Source of the DNA: Monocercomonoides exilis PA203
Lineage: Eukaryota; Protista; Preaxostyla
Reading direction: 5' to 3'
DNA length: 64,000 nt
Assembly: GCA_001643675.2 (NCBI GenBank)
Contig: LSRY02000015.1
Span: 1,364,001-1,428,000, forward strand
Position numbers and translations under genes: made by a program. Below are positions 25,443-34,992 of the stretch, in pieces. Every line of letters begins with the position of its first letter. Positions within the stretch are counted from its first letter, which is position 1. The notes beneath the pieces were generated by a model. It did not search any database. It saw only the letters and a list, made by a program, of their open reading frames with translations, and was not told the DNA's origin.

Positions 25443-26520
25443 TCACAGTCTCCTTTCAGAAGTTCTGGCATTCCACACTCTTTTTGTTTGGGTTGTTGAG
25501 CCACATTGCTGGAATGGAGATTGTGTGATGCTGCTTCCATTGAAGAATGCATCGTTTCCTCTTCCATCAGAAGGGGTGTTTCCATCGAAGAAACAGAACG
25601 TGATGAATTTTATTTCATTCAGACAGGAAAAAGTTGAAATAAAATTGATGGTAGCACCTCCATATGTAAAAGAGTCAGTCAATTTATTATCAATAAATTG
25701 GCAATCAGTGACTAAAAATTGATTTGTTTTATTTTCTGGAGGATCTGAAAATGTCAGAGAACCAGTTGAATCATCACATGAATTTGAAATGCATTTCAAT
25801 TTGATGAGCAAGAATTGGCCATCCAAAGAAGCATCAATAATTTTAAAACGCTGCCCAGTTCCATAAATTCCCGTTAATTAACAATTTTCCACTTTATTAT
25901 CAGAAAATGAATATTTGGAAGATGATTGTCGGTCATCAATATAAATTGCACCTCCGCGAGTTGCAGAACAGTTGTGAAATTGGACAATGTGATGTTGATA
26001 TTTTTCAAATGCCCACAATATAAAGCTCTGCAAAGATTTGTATTTGAACAATGAAAAAATGAACATAAAGTGATAATGAGATCTGCATTTGTGCATTCAA
26101 CATGAAGTGCACAACCGGATGAAGAGCCACCAGATGAATCTTTCCATTCTCACCATTCAAAACGATGGCTGTTAACATCAAAAAAAGTCAATTTTCCATG
26201 TTTCTTTCTTTGAGATGAAGATCCTTCGTATATCACGGAAGCTTTTGAAAAATCGTTGAAAGTGGAAGAAGCACGCTAAGAGAAAAAGAAAGAAGAAGCG
26301 ATCGAGAGGCATTGAGATGCGAAGGGAAGTGGAAAAGAAAATGAAAAAGAACATGTAAATGAAAATTCAACGCACTTCCAAAAGTTTAAACTGATAAAGT
26401 GATAAACAGCAAATACATTTGATAAAACATAAGCATGCAGGTACCTAATGAACATTGTTGCACAATCAATGGGCAATAACTTTAATGAAGGAACAATTCT
26501 TTCAGAATAAATTCATTGAT
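25443..26520 (-). pseudogene. Decayed GGAI-motif (Pmp-like beta-helix) surface protein
   Basis: Fragments FHNCSATRGGAIYID, YGGATI, FCFFDGNTPSDGRGNDAFF and GSTTQTKRVWN lie in different frames separated by stops. A related TTLTKRVWN remnant is at ~23960-24000 (+). Confidence 0.7.
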
Positions 26521-26544
26521 ATCAATTTATGGGAAATGATAAAA

Positions 26545-26703
26545 AATGTGGAATTATTTATTCCTTCATGAAAAAAACTGAGCCTTGTTCCAAACTCTTT
26601 CTGCCATCATATCATTATAAGCCTTCTATTCCAATGCAAAATAATAAAGAATATAAAAAAAATATCGAAAATAACAAATGAAAATATTTTGTGGAACAAA
26701 ATT
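26545..26703 (-). repeat. Dispersed ~160-bp repeat, copy 2 (inverted)
   Basis: Reverse complement resembles 13219-13380; ends in gtggaacaaaatt. Confidence 0.5.
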
Positions 26704-26709
26704 CATTCT

Positions 26710-27072
26710 TAGTGTGTCACAAATCCGGGTCATGTAATAAATACGGGACAATGCACAAAATTCAGCTTTTATTTAGCTTTTCTCCCATTCATTTGTTTCA
26801 AACTAAATAAAAGAGACATTTGAAGTTATGATAATTGCTTTTTTTATTTTACAGCATATGCAAAAACCATTTTTCTTTATTTTTTATTTCAAACACAAAA
26901 TATGAATAAAAAGTGTTTTTGAGAACACCATAACGTTTAAAAAGCAATTCTTATAACTTCAAATGTCTCTTTTATTTAGTTTGAAACAAATGAATGGGAG
27001 AAAAGCTAAATAAAAGCTGAAATTTGTGCATTGTCCCGTATTTATTACATGTTCCGGATTTGTGACACACTG
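26710..27072. mobile_element. MITE with ~120-bp TIRs, (C)AGTGTGTCACAAATCCGG termini (Tc1/pogo-like)
   Basis: 26711-26829 is the near-perfect reverse complement of 26953-27071. Confidence 0.9.
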
Positions 27073-27178
27073 TTGTTCAAAATTTTGTCCCAAATGTTCA
27101 TCGTTGAAATCTTTTGAAATAATATTTATAAAAACATGTTTAATTAAATGTGGGTATCAAATATAACAAGCTTTTCCG

Positions 27179-27245
<67 letters not shown>
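27179..27245 (+). repeat. Pure poly(A) tract, ~67 nt
   Basis: Read directly from the sequence. Confidence 0.95.
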
Positions 27246-27248
<3 letters not shown>

Positions 27249-27369
27249 GTTAACAAAATATTTCAATTTTTATTTTATTCGTATTTGAAAAGATTGAAAA
27301 TGCGACTGAAAATGAAGAATTCAAAATATATGAAAATCATTCATCAAAAAAAAGAAATCTCTTGATAAA

Positions 27370-28400
27370 CGGAATAATAATTCTTGCTAAATCAACCCAA
27401 ATTAAAATTGCAAAAGCCAAAAATTTTGGATTCAAAACGTCTTGCAGCATTTTGTCAAGACGTTTTGAAACCTTGGTACGAAATGCTTGATGATTTGCAT
27501 TCAAAGTACAAATACCGAAGTGAGCTAATCTTTAATGTGGATGAAACATCACTGAGATTATCAGATAATTGCCAAAAACTTGTTGCGACATCCTCGGAAT
27601 CCCCTTCGGCCTATTGAATTGCTTCTTCGAGAGTGCGAAATGCAACACTTGAACCGATGTTGCCTCAGATGGTTTTTCTTTGCCTAAGATTGTTCTTTGG
27701 CCGAGTTCCAATATTCCAGAAGAGTTGACTCCTTTGCTATCTCCTTCACTTGAGGTGTGGAGCAATTCCAAAGGTTGGATGAACTTTTCTCTATTCTAAC
27801 ATTAACCTTTGCGTGTTCTGCTTCCAGAAATATTAGTGAGTGAGAAAAAAATGAAATCAACGGAAGAAAGATGTTTTCTATTCGTCGATTCACTCAACTC
27901 TCGTTCAAATACAATAATTTGGAACATATATGTGGAATAGAATGTGGATGTCATCGCATTTGTTCCATACATTGCAGAAATTTCTCAATCACTCTTTGAA
28001 ATCGTGTTTGTTGTTTTTAAATCAGTTTTAAATTCATTAATAGAAATCCTGCAATCTTCAATTGCTTCTTCCGACAGAAAGGCTATAAGGGATATCCTTC
28101 TTCAAGCCATTCACTTCGCATTCGCACCATCAGTTACAAAGAATGCCTTTGATGCAAGTGGTAATTTATTGATATCTTTAGGAACAATTTTTCGAAAATT
28201 ACCCAAATACTCTCCATTTCGGTTACCAATAAATTCATTTCGTTTTGATTTATACGGAAAACTGCTCACAAACGAATTTTTCTTAGAAATGTGAGAAAAA
28301 GATATTTTTGCTGGAACAAGTTCGAAATGTTCTGAAGCCGAAGAACAAACAGAAAACATTGAAGAAATCATTCCATTTTTGTCAAAGAAAAAAAGTGTTT
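27370..28400 (+). mobile_element. Degenerate pogo/Fot1-like (DDE_1) transposase relic
   Basis: LKLQKPKILDSKRLAAFCQDVLKPWYEMLDDLHSKYKYRSELIFNVDETSL matches the HTH-linker-IxNxDETG region. Downstream are FLFVD and VIAFVPYIAEISQSLFEIVFVVFKS (LPPHxxHxxQPLDxxxFxxFK-like). Multiple stops and frameshifts; TIRs not identified. Confidence 0.8.
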
Positions 28401-28937
28401 ATTGAAACATTTTGTATGATAACGTTGATAATATCAAAAAAGAAAATTAAACAGCTCAAAGAACACGAAAAAAACTTTTTTGAAGACTATTTGACCCAAG
28501 TTTTGTTTATTTTTGCAAATTGAGTCTGTATTTTTGTTTTTTTATTTCACTTCAAAAACTTGGTACTAAAAAAAATAGATCCCAACAAAAACATTTACCT
28601 ATTAAAATTTAATTTTCGTTGAATTTTTCTTTGCAAAAATTAAAAATAACTCGAATAAATGCAAATATCATATGATAACAAATACCTTCTATTAATAAAA
28701 CTCCTTTTTTTGTTTTTTTCTCCTTGCATTAACTGCAATTTCACTTTTTAAAAATTTCAAAAAGAGAAAAAAATGACTTTTTTGCAGAATCACTTTCAAA
28801 AAAAATACTTTCAAAAAAATTTTTTTGAACTAAATAAAAACAAACAAATAAATATATAAAAAGATGAGGCATCAGCCATAATTTAAAAAAAAGGAAAACA
28901 ATAAAAATAATAAAATTCTTCTTTGTGTCCTGTTCAA

Positions 28938-31454
28938 TCAATTATTAAATGCAGAAGAATCATCAAAAGTTGAACTCCGTGAATGTGATTTAAATTTTCC
29001 ACAATACAAAGCAAATGGAACACAAATAGGAAAAGCTTGTTTGATACTGCTTAGAAGGAGAGAATTCTCAGTTACAATATTGTCAACATCAACTCCTCTC
29101 CGCTTCAATCTGTGAACTTTTCGAACACGAATTGTTGGATCATAAAATCGTTTATTAAGTTCGATTTTGTCAATAACAACATCACTCATAAAGTGTTCAT
29201 TAAAGTTTTCAGATCGAAGACCTGTTACTGAGTGAGAGGAAACTATTTCTTCACTAATGCTTGCAGAAAAAATGGAGCCATCCTGAAAATACAATAATTG
29301 ATGTTGAGATGGAGTTGAAAACTTTATGAGCTGATGTCTGAAATCGTTCAATTGATTTGATAAAGTCGAAGGAAATGACTTTGTCAGGATTGAAAGATGT
29401 GAACCATTTTCATTGAATTTTGATTCAGAAATATTCAATTGATTTCGATCGAATTGAAGAGAAAGTTTCTCTTCAAATGATTGAGGAAGAACATCACTAA
29501 ATGTGAACTGCAAAATTTTTGATGATTGAAAAATGGAAGATCCAGCTGAGCGTTTCTCTTCAAACGATCGAAGATTATTGCAATGGCTTTTGCTTTTCAT
29601 AGGACCACGAAGATAATATCGCTCGAGTCTAAAATTAGTGCGGTTTGAGTGCTGAGATTGAAATTGCTTGAACCTTTCCAAATCACTTTTGTTATTTAAA
29701 TTACTTAGCTTTGCTTGCTCAGTTTCTGTATATGGAATCCATTTTCTCGATATTCTTTCATAAATACTGTCATCTTTCAGTATTTCACATTCAACATTAT
29801 TCATTTCAGAACTTGTATTCTCATCTCCGCGAATATCATTAGATTCTTCAAATTTTTCGTCCATAAACTCAGTTTCTTCTTTTATTTCTATTTTCTTTTT
29901 TGAATATTCCCACATTTCCAGTTCATCATCATTAACAATCCAAGTCTTTTGAACCCACTCCCCGAATAATTTCTGAAACTGTTTCGCTTCTTTAATTTGA
30001 AAATTTATTAAATCTCTCCTCTTTTTCGAAATATCGATCGCTCTTTCTTCATTGTCAGCGCCTTTTCTGGTCACACTATCTTTTGCATATTCCATATCTT
30101 CTTCAGCCCACTTTTTGAGCATTAATGCCTTTTCAGATTCAACAACTGTCGAATGTTTGCAATCATTCATTACAAAATCAACATCCCACGACAAGCTCGA
30201 AATTGACTGCGAAGATAATTTCAAATCATCTACTTTAATTGAATTCATTGGACCAAGTTCCAAATTCCGAGGAGAATCTTTATAAATATCCATAAAATGA
30301 AATGGAGTCAACGGATGCTTCACTTTCATTTCATCCAGACGGTAATTGTCAAAGTGATTGTTTTGCGATGTGGTGTTTCTATGTGCGTTCATTTCATTTG
30401 ATATGCAGTCAGATAGCTCGCTGCACGTTGCATTGTCGCTGTTGTATTCGTGTGAAGGAAAATGCGAGTGCGCCAGCGGTGGGTCAACAAAACACGTCGT
30501 CTTTGTATTTTCTGTTGCCCCCTTGTCTGCCGAGTCGCAGCATCCATCAGCCAAATTAGCAGCACTATATCCTATCCAAACTCTTCCATGCTCCACACAA
30601 GTACCAGAGTAAGGCATCGCAGCTGGAGATAACAATGACGACGAAGATGATAACGAAGAGCGTGAAGGCAGTACCGACGTTAATCGTGCTGTTGATGCTG
30701 CGGATGATGGTAGCACCAATGAAGTAGGTAATCCAAATGTATTTGTAAGAGTCTTTTCTCTTGCTTCTCCGCAACTTCTTCCTATAGCACTCGCTCTTAT
30801 TCTGACTCGCGTACAACAAGTTGCTTTCGCTGCGTTGGATTCACCAATCCAACTTTGTGCAACTTGAATTTCGCTTTTTTGCTCATTTCTGTCATTGCCC
30901 ACAAATTCAAAAGGAAGAGATGAATCATCATAGATGGATTCAGCCTCCGCGACACTGCTTTCATTATACACGTTATTTTCTTTTAACAGTTTTTTTGCAC
31001 TTTCAGATACTTGCAATTCCTCTTGCCTAGACATTTTTCTGAAAATTGATACTTCATTTAAAGGCGCCTTTGCTTTAAAAACACAATTAAAAAAATTATA
31101 CAAATGCACGCTTTGCGAATGCAAAAGTATGTGCAAACTAAATTTATCGTCTGTTGCTTTTCTTGAAAATGTTCTCGTGAATTTCCCGATATCTTTTTTC
31201 TTTGGCTCTTCTGTAATATTCATATCCCATTTGCTATCATAACCCTTTTTTGTTGAATCGCTTATATTTTCCCACATTTTCTTTGAAGCTACTGATTTTG
31301 AATAATCATCTTTAACCTTAAACATAAAAAATATATTTGTGTTTCCAAAGAAGCAATTAAAAAGACATGGGGGAAAAAAACAGCTCACAAAAAAATCATC
31401 AAATTTACGTACTGAACATTCACTAAATGTGTGAGCCAATACACCTTCGTTCAT
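28938..31454 (-). CDS. Uncharacterised protein, 'EAKxYxxxFGxW' family member 3 (N-terminal 375 codons identical to member 4)
   Basis: 838-aa ORF with KKWAEED...QIKEAKQFQKLFGEWVQKTWIVNDDELEMWE. Probably contains two stop-free 3n introns mirrored from member 4. Confidence 0.82.
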   Translation of the reverse strand: MNEGVLAHTFSECSVRKFDDFFVSCFFPPCLFNCFFGNTNIFFMFKVKDDYSKSVASKKMWENISDSTKKGYDSKWDMNITEEPKKKDIGKFTRTFSRKATDDKFSLHILLHSQSVHLYNFFNCVFKAKAPLNEVSIFRKMSRQEELQVSESAKKLLKENNVYNESSVAEAESIYDDSSLPFEFVGNDRNEQKSEIQVAQSWIGESNAAKATCCTRVRIRASAIGRSCGEAREKTLTNTFGLPTSLVLPSSAASTARLTSVLPSRSSLSSSSSLLSPAAMPYSGTCVEHGRVWIGYSAANLADGCCDSADKGATENTKTTCFVDPPLAHSHFPSHEYNSDNATCSELSDCISNEMNAHRNTTSQNNHFDNYRLDEMKVKHPLTPFHFMDIYKDSPRNLELGPMNSIKVDDLKLSSQSISSLSWDVDFVMNDCKHSTVVESEKALMLKKWAEEDMEYAKDSVTRKGADNEERAIDISKKRRDLINFQIKEAKQFQKLFGEWVQKTWIVNDDELEMWEYSKKKIEIKEETEFMDEKFEESNDIRGDENTSSEMNNVECEILKDDSIYERISRKWIPYTETEQAKLSNLNNKSDLERFKQFQSQHSNRTNFRLERYYLRGPMKSKSHCNNLRSFEEKRSAGSSIFQSSKILQFTFSDVLPQSFEEKLSLQFDRNQLNISESKFNENGSHLSILTKSFPSTLSNQLNDFRHQLIKFSTPSQHQLLYFQDGSIFSASISEEIVSSHSVTGLRSENFNEHFMSDVVIDKIELNKRFYDPTIRVRKVHRLKRRGVDVDNIVTENSLLLSSIKQAFPICVPFALYCGKFKSHSRSSTFDDSSAFNN

Positions 31455-32760
31455 TGCATTAACAACAAATTATTATTGTCAAAACTTTTATTGTGGGCTA
31501 TAATTGATGATTTAATTTATATTTCAATTATCAACCGATTCATTAACTTTAATATGCATTTTTCATAAAGATAATAATATTTTTAACAACAGCCCACAAT
31601 AAAAGTTTTGACAATAATAATTTGTTGTTAATGCAATGAACGAAGGTGTATTGGCTCACACATTTAGTGAATGTTCAGTACGTAAATTTGATGATTTTTT
31701 TGTGAGCTGTTTTTTTCCCCCATGTCTTTTTAATTGCTTCTTTGGAAACACAAATATATTTTTTATGTTTAAGGTTAAAGATGATTATTCAAAATCAGTA
31801 GCTTCAAAGAAAATGTGGGAAAATATAAGCGATTCAACAAAAAAGGGTTATGATAGCAAATGGGATATGAATATTACAGAAGAGCCAAAGAAAAAAGATA
31901 TCGGGAAATTCACGAGAACATTTTCAAGAAAAGCAACAGACGATAAATTTAGTTTGCACATACTTTTGCATTCGCAAAGCGTGCATTTGTATAATTTTTT
32001 TAATTGTGTTTTTAAAGCAAAGGCGCCTTTAAATGAAGTATCAATTTTCAGAAAAATGTCTAGGCAAGAGGAATTGCAAGTATCTGAAAGTGCAAAAAAA
32101 CTGTTAAAAGAAAATAACGTGTATAATGAAAGCAGTGTCGCGGAGGCTGAATCCATCTATGATGATTCATCTCTTCCTTTTGAATTTGTGGGCAATGACA
32201 GAAATGAGCAAAAAAGCGAAATTCAAGTTGCACAAAGTTGGATTGGTGAATCCAACGCAGCGAAAGCAACTTGTTGTACGCGAGTCAGAATAAGAGCGAG
32301 TGCTATAGGAAGAAGTTGCGGAGAAGCAAGAGAAAAGACTCTTACAAATACATTTGGATTACCTACTTCATTGGTGCTACCATCATCCGCAGCATCAACA
32401 GCACGATTAACGTCGGTACTGCCTTCACGCTCTTCGTTATCATCTTCGTCGTCATTGTTATCTCCAGCTGCGATGCCTTACTCTGGTACTTGTGTGGAGC
32501 ATGGAAGAGTTTGGATAGGATATAGTGCTGCTAATTTGGCTGATGGATGCTGCGACTCGGCAGACAAGGGGGCAACAGAAAATACAAAGACGACGTGTTT
32601 TGTTGACCCACCGCTGGCGCACTCGCATTTTCCTTCACACGAATACAACAGCGACAATGCAACGTGCAGCGAGCTATCTGACTGCATATCAAATGAAATG
32701 AACGCACATAGAAACACCACATCGCAAAACAATCACTTTGACAATTACCGTCTGGATGAA
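30330..32760. repeat. 1,170-bp inverted repeat (arms 30330-31499 and 31591-32760), 91-bp spacer
   Basis: Arm-end coordinates sum to the same value (63090), so there is no net indel. Mirrored ORFs in several frames translate identically on the two arms. Confidence 0.97.
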
Positions 32761-34395
32761 GACAATGTATGCCAACAATTCGCAAACAACGAAAGTTGCC
32801 ATGATCCAGTTTTTGCATACGATGTTAAAAACTTACTTCAGTATTCATCGTCTGACACAGAAGATCCTCTGCTTTCAGCAACAATTCGCCAAAGAAAAGG
32901 AAATTTTTGTGCTTCTACTGTCTTTCTTGAAGACGGGAAATGCGCTTCAAACGATTCACAACTGCAAAAGAGGAACTTAGTGGCTAAATGGAAAGATATG
33001 GATGCAGAGGTTATAAAGTGCAGACTCGAAAAAAGCGAGAAGCAATGGAAGAAAATGAAGCGAGATAATATTGCAAAGCAGATCAAAGATGCAAAGGAGT
33101 ACAAGAAGATGTTTGGAAACTGGGTTAGGAAAGAATGGACGGTAGATGAAGAAGAGATTGAGATGTGGGAGGAAGCAGAGGCAAAGATGAAGGCAAAGGA
33201 AGAGAAAGTACTTCAGGAGATTGTGAAAGGGGAAGTGGAGCAGTTGACTGTGGAAGAAATGAAGAATTTGTTAAAAGAAGCCGATGAAAAAAGAATTTTT
33301 CAGGAAGAAAAAGAAAACCTTCAAACAATGATTGATAAGAAAGAGAAAAACTGCGAGAAGAAGAGGCAGAGAAGAGAGATTTCTGCTGAAAAGTATTTAC
33401 AAATGCTTCGCGAACCTCTTGTTGAGCATTGTGAAAAACAGAAAAGAATGTGTGATGAACCAAATTTCCACGAATCTGAATTTGAGGTTTCATCAAAATT
33501 TTTAACAGTTCAATCTGATGACTTTGATATTTCTGAACGTCCTTTGCCTGCACAAGCGAGTGGTAAACATTCTATTGTTCGATCCAATGAAATCATTCCT
33601 TCTTTTCAAAAAGAAATAATATTGCATCGCGATGACTTTCACCAATGTTCACAAGAGAATCTAAAACATTTGTTCGATTATGAAACATGTGTTGTTTCAA
33701 CATCTCCAATTTCAACAAGACAAGGATTGCCTACTACCCGTTTTCCAGAAAATTATGTAACTTCATCAACTCCATTTCTTTGTCATTTCCCATCACAATC
33801 CTTTTCGCAGTTGGCTTCTCGAAATATACATAAAAGCCTGATTGATCAGAAATCAGGAATAGAATTACATTCACTGACTGCTCAAAGTCAATATAATAAC
33901 TTGTCTAAGATTTATCATTCACTTCCTGTGATTCCATCTTTTATTTCTTCAAATCAAAAGAAGCATTATGACGAATTCCAACCTTTCGTTTCTGAACAAA
34001 GAATCTTAAATGCAGAAGATTGCTCAGACAATCTTGTGAATATTCTCACAGAATCTCAAAGCAAGACTGTCACCCAGTTTATGAAGAGGAGATACAGAAT
34101 TGATCTCAAAGAGTTTCTGACACCGTTTCATGATGAGCTTTGGAATTCGAAAAAGTGCAATTTTAAATTGCAACTTTTGCTAGAAACAATTGACAATGTG
34201 AAACATTCAAGATGCGTTGTTGTTTCTTTCTATTCACAATTTTGCTTTCCAATGAAAAAGAGAAATGTTAGCGAATGGAATCGATTGAAGAGAATAACAA
34301 AGATTAGAAGTGAGCTCTGCAACGAGCGTTGCTTTTCATCACTCATTGCTTCCACTTACTCACTTTCAAATCAGTTATGTGGAGATTTTGGCTGA
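31636..34395 (+). CDS. Uncharacterised protein, 'EAKxYxxxFGxW' family member 4
   Basis: 919-aa ORF with AKWKDMD...QIKDAKEYKKMFGNWVRKEWTVDEEEIEMWEEAE...LTVEEMK. Likely in-frame introns at 31678-31773 and 31952-32017. Confidence 0.82.
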   Translation: MNEGVLAHTFSECSVRKFDDFFVSCFFPPCLFNCFFGNTNIFFMFKVKDDYSKSVASKKMWENISDSTKKGYDSKWDMNITEEPKKKDIGKFTRTFSRKATDDKFSLHILLHSQSVHLYNFFNCVFKAKAPLNEVSIFRKMSRQEELQVSESAKKLLKENNVYNESSVAEAESIYDDSSLPFEFVGNDRNEQKSEIQVAQSWIGESNAAKATCCTRVRIRASAIGRSCGEAREKTLTNTFGLPTSLVLPSSAASTARLTSVLPSRSSLSSSSSLLSPAAMPYSGTCVEHGRVWIGYSAANLADGCCDSADKGATENTKTTCFVDPPLAHSHFPSHEYNSDNATCSELSDCISNEMNAHRNTTSQNNHFDNYRLDEDNVCQQFANNESCHDPVFAYDVKNLLQYSSSDTEDPLLSATIRQRKGNFCASTVFLEDGKCASNDSQLQKRNLVAKWKDMDAEVIKCRLEKSEKQWKKMKRDNIAKQIKDAKEYKKMFGNWVRKEWTVDEEEIEMWEEAEAKMKAKEEKVLQEIVKGEVEQLTVEEMKNLLKEADEKRIFQEEKENLQTMIDKKEKNCEKKRQRREISAEKYLQMLREPLVEHCEKQKRMCDEPNFHESEFEVSSKFLTVQSDDFDISERPLPAQASGKHSIVRSNEIIPSFQKEIILHRDDFHQCSQENLKHLFDYETCVVSTSPISTRQGLPTTRFPENYVTSSTPFLCHFPSQSFSQLASRNIHKSLIDQKSGIELHSLTAQSQYNNLSKIYHSLPVIPSFISSNQKKHYDEFQPFVSEQRILNAEDCSDNLVNILTESQSKTVTQFMKRRYRIDLKEFLTPFHDELWNSKKCNFKLQLLLETIDNVKHSRCVVVSFYSQFCFPMKKRNVSEWNRLKRITKIRSELCNERCFSSLIASTYSLSNQLCGDFG

Positions 34396-34992
34396 ATATC
34401 AATCAAAGGCAGTGAACAATTCCTTGTGATTGTTGTACCGTTGATTTTTTTGCGCAAAACGGTCGTTTATGCAGATAGGAATTTTCAAAAGTCAAAAAAT
34501 TTTAATCTTTATAAATTGAACATTTATTTCTGTTGATTCTTGCTGGTGTAAATAATTTTCTTGATGAGATTGAACATTTGCTGTACATAGTCAAGTTGTT
34601 GATTACAACTTTTTGAGAAATGCTTGACAAGTGCAAAAATAATCTTCGACAATCCTCTTTCAGATGATGGACACTTCTCTCAAGATGATGAATCTTTTTT
34701 ACCAATCATTTTTCCAAAATTTCATTTAATTTAGATAATTAAATGAAAAAGTTATTAAAAACAGTTGGATTTTAAAACGAAACATTTTCTAATAGTTTCT
34801 CTTGAATTCGGTTAGAATTTTCAATGAAACAATTGCATTTCATTGTTCTATTTCATTATTTCATTTTCATTGATAAGAGTTCTAAAGCAAAACTTCTATG
34901 ATTATTCATTAAAGAATCAGAATATCTATTATTATTAAAATAAAAAGGAAACAGAAGAAATGAACAACTGTGTTTTGAATTAAAAATTTTCT

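Noticed and set aside
27150-27365. Poly-Lys ORF (and the similar one at 18878-19081)
   Set aside because: These are translations of A-rich non-coding tracts.
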